Assembly (NCBI GenBank): GCA_018398765.1
Contig: JAHBMJ010000061.1
Span: 1-58,561 of the forward strand
DNA: 58,561 bases
Origin: Chromera velia
Lineage: Eukaryota
Reading direction: 5' to 3'
Shown: in pieces, positions 34,601 through 46,295 of the stretch
How positions within the stretch are numbered: the stretch's first letter is position 1
How the letters are laid out: each line of letters begins with the position of its first letter
Made by a program: the position numbers and the translations under genes
Notes under the pieces: generated by a model
What the model was told of the DNA's origin: nothing
The model's database searches: none
Seen by the model: the letters and a program-made list of their open reading frames with translations, nothing else

Positions 34601-36415
34601 TCTGTTCGGTCTCCTGTCTCCTCGCCTTCCCTTGCCCTTGTGTTGAACAAAGCCGTTCCCTTCCCTCCCCGAGAGGTGTGCCTTTTCTTTCTCATTCCTC
34701 TTCTTCCTCATGGAACCGGAAAGGGAAGAAAAAGACAGAGAGAGGGTCGGTTGGCGGTCCCCTGAGAAAGAGAAGGGCAACACAGCCTGAGCCTGGGCAG
34801 AAGAAGCAAACTGCTGCTGCTGCTGTGGTTGTCGTGAGTTCCCAGTCCGACCCCGCATGACCATCTCGGCCGCCGCCTCCCTCCTCCTCTCTTGCTGCTG
34901 CACAAGCTCATCAACACCACATCCCCTTCCTCCAAGTCCTGCGGTCTGCACATGCCCCCTCGCCCCCTGGCCTGACGAAGAAGTCACAGCAGATCTCTTC
35001 ACGACCACAGGGGCATTACCTGGGCCACCCCGCACGCCCCCCCTCACAGGAAGAGCCTGCCCCGTCAGTGGCCCCCCTCTCTTATTTGCCTGTCTCTGTC
35101 TCAAGCCGTCTCCGTAGGTCACCGCCTTCGGAGACGGGGGGTCGGGGCGCAGGTACGATTGCTGCGGGTGTGCCTCCGTGCCCTGTCTGTAGAGTCTCTC
35201 GTAGACGGACAGAGAGACGGAGCCACTCGAGGCACTCACCCCTAGACCTAGACCGGCTCCAACCAGACCTCCAGTCCCCCCCCCACTGCGCGCCAGTCCC
35301 GCGTTTTCTCTGCTCTGTCGGCACTCCGCCAAAACCCTGCAAGCAGCGGTTCAGACACAAAACCATCAAATACGCCTTCATACATGTACATACTTCAAAC
35401 ATGCAAACGCGTCATTGTTGGCACTCAGCCAAGCTCCTGACGGCAACGAATCATGAAAAAAAAAGGAGCTAGGGGGGCATTTGCAGCAAGAGAGACAGAG
35501 ACGGAGAAGACTTCGGCCGCAAGCGAAGAGAAATAAAGGGCCAATCGATCGATCGGAAGGAAGGAAAAGGAAAAAACAACAAAAGGAGAAGGAGACGGCG
35601 CGTCCAAGGACAGAGCGAAGAGAAAACCAAGAAAGAAAGAGACGGCTGGAGAGAAAGGAACAGAACGAGCAAGAGGAGAAAATGAGGAAATTCAATGTCA
35701 TACGTGTGCAACTGCAATACTTGAATGGGGCTGAAGGGGGTGGGGGGCAGGCTCACGCAAGCAGAGAAAAGGACCGACCCAGATACAATTGAAGAAGAAA
35801 GAAGAAACTGAAAAGAATGAGTGGCAGCAGTGCGTTTCTGGCGTGGTGGAATCTCTCTCACTCTCTCTCTGTCCGCACGCCACGCGCACATACACACACA
35901 CACCTCTCCGCCCGCCCGCACGCACGCACGCACACACACACACACACACACACACATCTCTCCACCCGCACGCGCACACACACACACATACACACATCTC
36001 TCCACCCGCACACACACACACATACAAACACACACTACCTGGATATGTGGGAGATGTGGGGTCGGAAGGGGAAGCTCTCTCCTGCAGTTGTGCCGTTGGG
36101 TGCTGAAGAGGCAAAGGGGGCACTTCCATTTGCCTTTGGGTGGGGAGATGTGGCTGCACTTCCGTGGGCATCGTCCGCTGTTGCCCTGTCGTGTGGGGAG
36201 GCATGGGCCTGAGAAGCAGAAGAGGGCGATGGATGCCTTTGTTTACGCCTCTGTTGAGTGGAGGGGGGCGGACGTCGACTGTCTCCTACAGCTGATGAGG
36301 GGCCTGGGGGGGCACGTTCAGCCGAGGATTCCCTTTCTCTCTCTCTTTCTGCACCGAAGTACGCTGTCACATGGGCTGCCAGACTGAGGGGTGTTGCAGT
36401 GGGTTCCTGCTCCAT
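24178..36415 (-). CDS. Large (~2370 aa) low-complexity protein with (E)CTFRP/FxP repeats, ERLY motif, degenerate EF-hand-like segment and conserved LYVDV..G.GKTGRIG..E.DD C-terminal domain
   Basis: Phase-consistent exons 36415-36039, 35336-34563, 34055-33770, 32985-32746, 32014-31853, 31434-29685, 29134-29073, 28418-27904, 27593-26510, 26052-24178 (7125 nt). Motifs that join across splice junctions: FRPHISHISRVLA, EMEECTFRPSLTEASRRIA, EEMSRCTFRPKTNPFS, FDDSRMLVRNFAKTF. There is an in-frame TAG upstream of the ATG at 36415. Confidence 0.7.
28718..28982. repeat. 68-bp tandem repeat x~4, intronic
   Basis: Unit ggaagagggatcgaggcagctagagaaagaccgtggatgcctatctatgagagcaagaaaacaagaca starts at 28718, 28786, 28854 and 28922. 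Confidence 0.9.
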
Positions 36416-36857
36416 GGTCGCTGCTGCAATCCTCCCGTCCTACTTGGGGAAGCCTCACCGGAAAAGGAAAGCAAATCCCTCGCCTCAAAGTTGGTGCAAC
36501 TGTCTGAGTGAAATTGAAGGGACTCCTCTTGTGACAGTACGACTTCGGTCTGCACTGTCAGTGAATTTGGAGACGTCTTCGGAAACACGTCCGGCCTCTC
36601 TGTGCCTGACTTCTTTGGAAGCTCTGTGCTGTCTGCTACGAGACTGTTGTCCTTGCCTCCATCTTAATCACCAAACAATGCAATGTGAGTGTTCCAGGGG
36701 GGGGCAAGTGAAGATAAATGAAGAGGAACAGCACTTTCACGCAGCTGAGTGTTTCCTGAATGGAGAGCTTTTGTCCGAAGATGCGCACCAGCTGTCACTG
36801 CATGTCCGAATTGAGGCTCTAACGCGAGGCCATACCGAGAATGAACACTTACATATA

Positions 36858-37401
36858 CCAGATTCACCCATACTTTGCCCACTTTCGCACTGCCTTCCGG
36901 GGCCGCCCGTGCATGCATTTGTCTGCCGTCTCTTTTCTGGCTGGAGAGATCGTGCAAAGTCGAGGCAGGGGCAGATCTTGGGTCAGAGCTCAAGTGACCA
37001 AATGGGGGTCTCCAAAGTTGCTGATTACATATTTGAGGTCGGGGGGGTCCATAGAACAGCCTTTTCCATCAAATTTTTATTGGAGTGATAAGAATTGAAA
37101 GATTTGCGAATTCGTCTCCTTGCATGCCCCTCTGTCCATGTGTGTCGCTTTCCTCTTTCTGCAGGGCACCCACCAGACCGTCTACCCGGGAGGCTGACGA
37201 CTCTTTTCTCTCTCTAGGTTAGATTGAGTAATCCTGAGCTGTGACTGAGGCAGTGCACGCTTCTTGTAGGCTGCAATGCATGAGTGCCCCCTCACTTTTG
37301 GGCAGGCTCTTTACATAGATTTATCTGGAGTTTTTTCAAACTTTAGATGTTTAGGTGGAGGACTCGAAACCCCAGTGGGCAAAGTATGGTAAAATATACG
37401 G
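36858..37401. mobile_element. 544-bp MITE copy 1 (Tc1/mariner-pogo-like)
   Basis: Inverted termini CCAGATTCACCCATACTTTGCCCAC ... GTGGGCAAAGTATGGTAAAATATACGG; TA on the left, TG on the right; near-identical to 37733-38276. Confidence 0.75.
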
Positions 37402-37732
37402 TGTGCTCGTTTCTTTCTCTTCCTTGGCTGAATCTACCAGTGGCAGGGGCTTGTCACTCAGTGTATTTGTTGGTGCATGCATGCCCGCTGCAGGTCCACT
37501 CCCTCGGTATCTCCGCTCTCCTCTGTGGTGAAAGAGGAAGGCAGGTCAGCAAAGCGCTAGACGTGCCCCCCCCTCTATATCTTTCATTCTGCTCTGTGTG
37601 GCTGTGCCGTGCTCTCCTGGCCAGAGATGGCATTTTTTGTTTTCCGTATACCATGAGACCCTTTCCTGTTCATATGCCGTCCCTGCCTCCTGCCTCCTTC
37701 TATGACCTCCCATACAAATTTTTCTTCAGATA

Positions 37733-38276
37733 CCAGATTCACCCATACTTTGCCCACTTTCACACTGCCTTCTGGGGCCGCCCGTGCATGCATTTGTCTG
37801 CCGTCTCTTTTCTGGCTGGAGAGATCGTGCAAAGTCGAGGCAGGGGCAGATCTTGGGTCAGAGCTCAAGTGACCAAATGGGGGTCTCCAAAGTTGCTGAT
37901 TACATATTTGAGGTCGGGGGGGTCCATAGAACAGCCTTTTCCATCAAATTTTTATTGGAGTGATAAGAATTGAAAGATTTGCGAATTCGTCTCCTTGCAT
38001 GCCCCTCTGTCCATGTGTGTCGCTTTCCTCTTTCTGCAGGGCACCCACCAGACCATCTACCCGGGAGGCTGACGACTCTTTTCTCTCTCTAGGTTAGATT
38101 GAGTAATCCTGAGCTGTGACTGAGGCAGTGCACGCTTCTTGTAGGCTGCAATGCATGAGTGCCCCCTCACTTTTGGGCAGGCTCTTTACATGGATTTATC
38201 TGGAGTTTTTTCAAACTTTAGATGTTTAAGTGGAGGACCCGAAACCCCGGTGGGCAAAGTATGGTGAAATATACGG
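37733..38276. mobile_element. 544-bp MITE copy 2 (Tc1/mariner-pogo-like)
   Basis: Same TIRs with TA on both sides; about 8 substitutions versus copy 1 (counted by eye, all transitions). Confidence 0.8.
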
Positions 38277-38673
38277 TAAAATCTTGTTCCTAGCTGTTTT
38301 TTCGTTTTTAAGTGCCGATTTTTTTTTTTTTTTTGCATGCATGCATGCATGTAACAGCTAGTTAATTATTTTTTTCTTAATTTTCGAGCATTCAATCGAC
38401 CGTCTCGATGTCATGCAGAGTCGATGATTCGATCCAGACCATGCAATTATAATAATCGCTCATCTTTGCAGGATCAATCTCCTGTCGCAGCGCCATGCAG
38501 ATCTCTGACGAGTTCTTTCCACTGACAAAGTATATACATAACAGTCAAGCCAGCCCTCCTGTACCACACCAAAAGACCCCAACCGGACATTCAGCCACTG
38601 ACTTCCAATTGAACGACTTCTGCAAGTGACAAGCAACCTATTTCCCTTTGCAAGTACAGGAACTTGAGGAAAG

Positions 38674-40083
38674 ATGCTCAGAATAGCTGGAATCGCATTT
38701 GTTGCCGGCGTCATCCCGACTGTTTCCGGCCTCACTCTTCGACGGCAAGAGGGGGTCAGTCAGTCACTCAGACCATCGCACAAGCAGTCTTCATACATAT
38801 ATACATTTGGAGCGAGAGTTGCAAAATTCATGTGTTGTTTGCGTGCTTGTGAGATCGATGTAGCTGCATGGCCCCACCGTTAACGTGGCAGGATGCCTGT
38901 GCCCATGCTTGCGAATGTACCCCCTTCTCTTCTTTCTGTTGTTTATTCTGCTCTTGTGTTTTTTTTTTCTCTCTCTCTTTCTCTTTCGTCTTCGTTCAGT
39001 TCCGTAACTTCTCCGGCGTTGCATCACGCCACTGACTGTGAACCAATGCAAGGGGCGTCTGTGGAGGAAGATCATGAAACGTTCTCGGAGCAGGTAGCGA
39101 GTGTAGCTGTGTTCTGCTTCCTCGAAGCTGAACTTCAGTTCGACTGTGTCCGTTCTTTTCTCTTTATATGTGTGTATGACTACATATGGACATGCAGGTG
39201 AATGATTTGATTGGCAAGTACAACGAGGGAGTCACAGAGATCTCCCCCGCCAAGCCCACGCCCATCGACAAAGATCCCGAGTTTGGGGCCAAGAAGGCAA
39301 CCTGGGAGAAAAGGGTAAAGGGCCCCACTCACGAAGAGCCTGCGCCTTCTGCACCCTCGACAAAGAAGACAGAAAAGGTGCGTGCGTGCGTGCGTCAGCA
39401 AGCTTCATCAACTAGGGTCTGGAAGAGATTGTGCGTGCACTTTGTGGGTCGGTTGCTGGTAGAGCAAAGTCGAGAGAATGGGGACTGATTAGGTACCTTG
39501 ATAGGCTTTGCCTTCGTGTGGTTGTTTGCTGGAACGAGCTCATCCATGTCAGAGCCCAATTCCATCAAAGTTCTTGTGTTTCATCTTCCTCCGGGGTCCC
39601 TTGTGGAAAGTTGGAAGGAGCTAGACAGACAGATAGACAGCCTGTGATGGTCTGTACATTGATAGCGACTTGCATGCTTCTCGGAATAGCCCCCCCTTTC
39701 GATCAGGCTCCACCACCCACCACCGCACACACCCACCTACCACGTATTATTCCGGTTACGGTACGTACATTTTTCATTTTCATTGTCACTCATCGCTGTC
39801 GGGTATTGTGGACAAGCATGCATGTGGGTATTGTGGACAAGCATGCATGTGAACACAATGACGACGCTCGCAGGTGAACGCCCTGAAGGCCCGGTTCGAA
39901 AGCCCCTCGGCCCCCGCCCTGCCCCCCAAGGTGCCCGTCTACCAGTTCGAACACGCCACCGACTTCGCAGCCAGAAAGAAGGCCTTCGCGGACAAGAAGG
40001 AGGCCGACCCCGCACCCAAGAAGCGACAGCCCCCCGTGAAGCCTCTTGACCCGGAAATGTTGAAGCAGTACGGCGGCTTTTGA
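38674..40083 (+). CDS. Small (~155-170 aa) K/P-rich protein with N-terminal signal peptide and internal repeat
   Basis: Exon 1 from 38674 (MLRIAGIAFVAGVIPTVSG-LTLRRQEG; donor after 38754 or 38758), possible exon 39053-39093, then exons 39198-39377 and 39874-40083 with clean phase-0 GT-AG sites. Repeated motifs VNDLIGKYNE..EFGAKKATWE / VNALKARFE..DFAARKKAF. Confidence 0.7.
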
Positions 40084-40271
40084 GCACAGACAGCAATGAA
40101 GGCAAGGGAAAACGGAAAGTAACACCTCAAGAGAAAAAAGATCCACTGAATCAGACCGCCTTTTGTGTCCGTGCCGCAAGTTTTAATGGTTCGATGAGAG
40201 CGCATCAATCAGATTTTTGATTAAAGTTTTGAATGCTGAAAGTCGTTTAACTATCGACGCAGTCTCTCGTA

Positions 40272-40408
40272 ATCATCATCATCATCATTCACCATCGCTA
40301 TCGGCCCATAAATGAGCGTCTAACGTTCGGCTGGTTCGATACGCAGCTGGACACACACTGCTAGGGCAGTCTTCTCCCACGAAGGAAGATAACACAGGCA
40401 AGAACGGC
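40272..40408 (-). mobile_element. 5'-truncated non-LTR retroposon copy with (ATG)n tail and target-site duplication
   Basis: (atc)n followed by ccatcgctatcggcccataa; flanked by gtctctcgt(t)aatcat at 40262 and 40409. Confidence 0.65.
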
Positions 40409-40764
40409 GTCTCTCGTTAATCATTCGTCATAAAACGATTTGATGACAAATTCAATGTTTAATTCATGTTTTTAATAGCTACATTATACATTACTATCTG
40501 GTCATGGATTTATTATCTAGTTCATTAGCTAGTTCATGATATACATTATATGTACCACTACATATTATATAACATATACTATGACGATTAATGGATGATT
40601 GATTGACATGCATCAACCAGTGTACTACTAGTAGTATAAGTCTGACATACGCCTACCTTTCAGCATTAAAGTGTTTGATTGCAACACTTTAATTCAACTA
40701 GCTCTTTAATCAAAGTAAATTAAAGAAACACTTAAATACTCGTAGATCATCATCATCAATGATT

Positions 40765-40878
40765 CATCATCATCATCATATGCCATCGCCATCGGCCCAT
40801 AATAGGCTTAGTAACAGGCATCTAGCATTCAGCAAGTCACAACATGCAAGGCAGATTGTTAATGATGGACCCTCACTC
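40765..40878 (-). mobile_element. Non-LTR retroposon 3' end with (ATG)n tail
   Basis: (cat)5 atgccatcgccatcggcccataatagg...aagtcacaacatgcaaggcagattgttaatgat..accctcact is the reverse complement of 23349-23505 minus an internal ~40 bp. Confidence 0.65.
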
Positions 40879-41613
40879 AGTAACATTTGGCAACTAGCTT
40901 AACAACTGCATCTCTTCTCAAACTCTTCCAATTCTGGTAGGGCGTGCTTATGCATAAGCGAGGCTGCTTCATGTGATACATGCACGTGATAATTCAATAT
41001 TTTTTTTAGAATTTTCTATGATCGATAAAATTCTTCCTAGAATTGTTTAATGATGATGATAATTAATGAGTGGGAGTTAAACCTTAGACCCAGCAACGCC
41101 AGATCCCAACAACTCGGCATGCCATGCAGAAATTAGTTACTCAACCGAGGTTTCATCTAGGGTTCTATGGCCTATGGGGCATTTGAAGGCTTAGTTCAAG
41201 GCTAATATACTAATACTAATACACTTAATAATAATAATATTTAAAATAATGTTATACATACATAATGCAACAATTAAAATTGAATTAATAATCTAAATTA
41301 TTGTCACAAAAAAAATGTTCTTATAGATATTCATATAGATATTGCTATGAATATATTTTTTCTCAAATAATTTAATGAAATAAAAAATTGTTTCAACATA
41401 AATTCTATGTTAACCTATTTGACAATGAATTAAAGCTCTGCTAGCCACTCTAGTTGAAGTTCGTTCAAATTAGTAATTTGTTTACAGTACGTTTATTAAT
41501 CTAGCTACTAAAATACTGGAATACATGTTATATAAAAAAAATAACACAGAGTTATAAAACATTTTTTATTTTTAATAACATCGGCAATGTTAAAGGTCAG
41601 AGTCATTTCTCAT

Positions 41614-42031
41614 TCATGGAAAGCTGTATGCGGAATCGATCGACATCATTCGGTACCAGCCTACAATGGGCCCGAGTGTCATCATGTCTATGATGCTTCC
41701 TGCCCTGGAGGCATGCCGCCCTCGCTCCAGTTTGATACCCTGAGAGGAGGTCTCGCACACAGATACCCCCCACTTCTCGCTGTCTTGAAAAGCTTCCCCG
41801 AGGTCGCAGCCAAGAACCTCGCCCGTCTCCATCTCAATGGTGAGACCCTGTCCCCTCTTAAATCTCTGAAAAGTCCGTCCGTGTTCGAGCACCGCCTTAT
41901 GTCCAGAGTTCTGCATGAAAAGAGAAACGCGCGCGCACACGCACACGTATATATACATACACATAGAATCACATAGACACACATAGACACACATAGACAC
42001 ACACACATACATACACATATACACACACACA

Positions 42032-42077
<46 letters not shown>

Positions 42078-44208
42078 CACACAGACACATATACACACAC
42101 ACACTGACACCCACCCACCCACCCACACACACCCACACCAACATACACACACATACACACACATACACACACACATATATATATACACATACACACACAC
42201 GGATGGGAGGGGGGGAGAGAGAGAGAGTGAATGCATGGGGGCAATGTCATGCAGAAGGTTAGTACGTCTTGTGCTATTCACATCGGGCCGTGCTGAGGCA
42301 GACACAAAGATAAAGATGAATTCTTTTCAAGCTGGGCAGAGAAGAGAACAAACAAACAAGGCAAGGACAAACAGACAGAGACTGGCATTGCATCGAAGGA
42401 ACCTGGATGGAATTGTTCTCTCACGAAATTGTTATCAGAGAAAACAACCAACTAAAGCTTATACAAGTGGACAGAAGCATAGGAGCTAGAATAATCTTTT
42501 GGGTATCAAGAAGAAAACTCTAAGTAATTCAACAAGAATCACAAACAGTAGTTGCCCGCCCCTAAACGTTAACTTACTCGATTTCTTTTTTTGCCCTTCT
42601 CCTGCTGAATTGCTGCTGCTGTCGCTGCTGGTGGTGGAGCAGCTGTAGTGGAGAGAGCTGGCACGGCTGCTACAGGCTTGGGAACGGGAGCTGTGATAGG
42701 CTGTGTCTCCATCACATTCTGGAGGAGTGGCCGATTCACCGACGCAGCCCGGCGGACAGTTGCGAGGGAGAGACACAGTTGCTCCTCTACTCGGGAGATG
42801 CGCTCGAATTCCACGCGACAAAGAGAGATAGATGGCTATCATGTCTGCCCTGGTGAGCGTTATGCAACGCCCCAGGTGTGCCCAGATCTCCTGAAAGCTG
42901 TCCAGTTCGTTCATCTACTCGTCAAGAATGGAATCTGAAGGGACTTGTACCGATCCCCCTCCCCCTTACTTCCCCACAATGCCCGAAAGAGCGTGCTATC
43001 GCTCAAGAGCTCAGGGCCACCTTGAAGAGATCGTACAGGTCTGTGCCAAGCAGGCAAATGCCCGGCACAATTCTGCAGACAGCAAACATAATCTCCCTGG
43101 TGCAGTCAATGATGTACCCCCCCAATTTCTGGATATCCGAGTGAAGACTGGGGAAGTCTGCAGCGAGGATGCACAGGTCCCCTGCAAGGCTGGCACGGTA
43201 GAGAGAGAGTCGGGGGCTCAGATTGTCTGCCGTCACTCTCTCTAGAAAGCGACGAAAGCTCTTCGTATACTACTGCGCATTGTTGTGGTAGGTAGCGGAG
43301 GGAAGCGAATCTGGCCCAGTCTGACTATCGAGAGAGATTCGATAGATCCGACTGGGTGAAGTACGGTACTTGAGCAGCACAGCAAGGGGTGCTGCACTCA
43401 GCGGGGTTTCTATGGCGGCATCTTCGAGCATGAGAACAAACTGAGCCGCCTCTCCCCTCATGTTGATGCAGTCGCCAGCGGGGAGACAGAAAAACACCTC
43501 GAATGCGCCGACTTTCGAGGGCGTCCTGATAGTGTGCATGGCGGGGGCCTGTCGCCATTTGTTCTGATCCCCCTTCTGCTTCATCATCAGACCGGGTGCT
43601 ACCTCCCTCGCTATCCCTCTTCTCTCCACTGCCACAAACGAAAAGTGCCTCCATATTTTGGGCCTGAACTTTTTAAGGAGGGGGTCTTTTTCTAGTAAAG
43701 AGCGGTAGAAACCTGCAGCTGCCCTTGCAGATCACAGAAATCCCTCCCCACATTGACAGTGAAGGTAAGACAACTTCCGACAGCCCAAAAGTACGAATCC
43801 CCTCCCCCTCTTGGAACTTCCTTTTTCGAATATGCCGACTCTACCAAGGGGAGAAACAGGAAGTGCCCATGAACCCACGCATCACCGCGGGTACCGATAG
43901 GTGTATCCTCTGACACTGCTACTGTCACCCCGTTTTACAGGTTGATAAACTGCCCCGGAGGTGGCTGGGGAGAATTCCGTGGAGCCTCTTGAGACATGTG
44001 CACATGGAGGATTACGATGGCAGGCACACATGCAGACAGAAAAGCGTCTCACCAGAGCTATCGCCAGGTGGAAAGCCAGTGGAGACACCAACGGTCTGCA
44101 TGGGAGATAGGAGGTCCCTGGAGGAACGGGCTGGGGGATCGGCTGCAGACCGCCACCAGGAGGTACAGAGGCCATACGTCGAGAAGAGGAAGCTGCAGGA
44201 GTTTGCAT
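41614..44208 (-). pseudogene. Decayed spliced gene or TE-borne gene, possibly with an OTU-like domain
   Basis: Coding-like, microsatellite-poor island with plausible GT-AG introns (44052-43988, 42577-42293, 42265-41911). The frame is broken by in-frame stops (~43936, 43270, 43003, and TGA in the 27-nt micro-exon) and by frameshifts. Segment KKEVPRGGGDSYFWAVGSCL resembles an OTU Cys-loop. Confidence 0.5.
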
Positions 44209-45750
44209 TGCAGTCAAAAACAATGAGACAGGACGTTCGTTCCTAGGAAAGAAGGGAAAGCCCTAGGGAAAGCCAGCACCATGAGATGTGAAAGCTATTC
44301 AAAGTCTAGCAAACAGAAACGTACAGGCTAGGACAGCTTTCCATCAAAAATAAATCACTGACTCAATTGAAGGATTATGGAAGATGCCGACAAGTAGATG
44401 AAGGAAAAGTTGGTCTATGAAGACGGTTCCTGGGAGAATTCTAATCCATCAGGCCAGCAAGAAAACGAAAATCCATCGATCGATCAACTAGCTAGCTATT
44501 GCGTGTTCAAATGAATCCTGCAGTGCAATCCCTAGGCGCAATCCATCATTCTACGCGGTACGGAGACCCCGAAAAGACAGACGAGAGTCAGTAACACTGC
44601 ACTCTTATTGTCATCCTAGGAACACAAGCAGTGACAAGACCGACATTGGTGCCCAAAGGAGCGGAAAGGCCCTGGCAGGTAAAGGTAAACAACTGTTGTT
44701 TCAGTCTATAACACATTAATTGGCAATACGAGAAATTTCTCAATCCGAATCATTCACAAAAAGACGTGCACGTATGAATACCGCATCGATCGATGCGCGC
44801 ATGATGCACGCATAACGCACGCCTCTGAATGCCAGCCCCTGCATAACCATATCCCACATTTGAAAAATCGAGAATGTGATACATTATGTTTAGTAGGCTA
44901 TTACTCAGGCTCGACCTGCTTCGAGATGCTTTTGTCCTCCTTCATCCTTTTCATGATAGTGACAAAACCCTCAATCATCATTTTCATGATAGTGAACGTT
45001 TTCTCACTTAAAAACGAAAAAAAGGCTTTTATTAGTATTTAATAGCCTTTTAAACATATTAAAGACAAAAACAGTTTATATTGATTTTATAATGATTTTG
45101 CACATTAAATTGTCAAGTCGATCATTATGCATATATATAAACTGCAATTAAAAATGTTTTTTCAAAAAAATTGTCATCATTGTGACCTATAGATTATGAC
45201 ACCATCACTTAGTTGAAGGTTAATGAGGAACTTTAGACCCAGCTTTAGACCAGTTGTATATCAAAGTGAATCTCAATGAACCAAAAGTTGTTTAGGAAGC
45301 TCCAGTCCAGTGCTTAGCTTTATATAAACTTTTTATTGGTAGCGAAAGCACCGAAAGAACACTGAGAGACCCGAAACGAAAAGAAAAAAAAAATAGAATT
45401 CTAGATCACAACTAGATGGAATTAGGGATCAATTCTAGTCAGTTCCCGGGTTCCGTTTTTTTGGTACTTCCACTAGTACTCACAGTTATCGGTATTAAAA
45501 AATGAACCCTCTTTGAAATTTGTTTCCTGTTTTTTTGTGGATTGATTAATTGCAATCAGTTTTTAAAAAGTAAATGTAGGCATTCTTAGTTTGAGGTTCT
45601 AGTTGACGTTCGACATATGTTTTATTCAAGTCATATGGCAGCCACTGCGATGCTCCATCACCATACTCGCAGCAGCGCCTCGAAGCCGCCTGATCAATCT
45701 GGCCCGGTTCGAATTAATTTCTCATCATTCCCGTCGATCCCCCCCCCCCN

Positions 45751-46070
45751 CCCCCCCCCCCCTCTCCCTTACAACCCTAGTAAGCAGGCAGATGATGCAG
45801 CAGCATACAGACAAGCAAATAGACAGACAACGATCACATGGGCGTGTCGGCGGCATGCCGGTCGACGAGGCTGGTTGAGACTTCTTGGCAGTCTGCAGCT
45901 ATATGCAGAGAGAGACAGACAGTTCCGCATGTCTCCTCGATCCCTCTCTCTCGTCAGTTGATCAACGGTTCGAAGCGCAGGAGGGAACGAAGGAATGGGT
46001 ACCGAAAGTATTGAAAAAACAAAAGAAGGAAGAAGAAGAGGTGCTTGCTCATTCTATGCAGGGCGGGTAA
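45751..46070 (+). CDS. 3' fragment of an unidentified gene truncated by the assembly gap (N at 45750)
   Basis: Donor a|gtaagc at 45780 and acceptor tcgtcag| at 45957 join in phase to give ...PPLPYNPIDQRFEAQEGTKEWVPKVLKKQKKEEEEVLAHSMQGG*. Confidence 0.45.
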
Positions 46071-46295
46071 GTGATCGGAGGGGCTGAGGGTGGACCCCAC
46101 TCGACGCCTATCTCCTGCACTCGTTGCTTCGCTGACTCATGGTTAGTCTTTTTCTTTGTGTCACTTGCATCACTGCACCGCGCCTGCCAAATCTCCCTGA
46201 GTGTTTTTTTTGGGCGCTGCTGCATGCCTCTTTTTCCTTTTCTTCTTCTCTGTCTGCCTGTCAGTCTGCGAGTCTGGTGTGAAATTTTCGTTGTG

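Noticed and set aside
36258..37088. 276-aa plus-strand ORF
   Set aside because: It overlaps the first exon of the large gene antisense, runs into the MITE, and shows no recognisable motifs.
36858..38276. LTR retrotransposon/TRIM reading of the 544-bp direct repeats
   Set aside because: No TG...CA ends, primer-binding site, polypurine tract or 4-6 bp TSD; each unit instead has its own TIRs and TA flanks.
41587..43245. Plus-strand ORFs with faint KDZ/CxC transposase-like words (IDRHH, CAKQ...LPG)
   Set aside because: Motifs are incomplete and in the wrong order; splice signals and frame continuity favour the minus strand.
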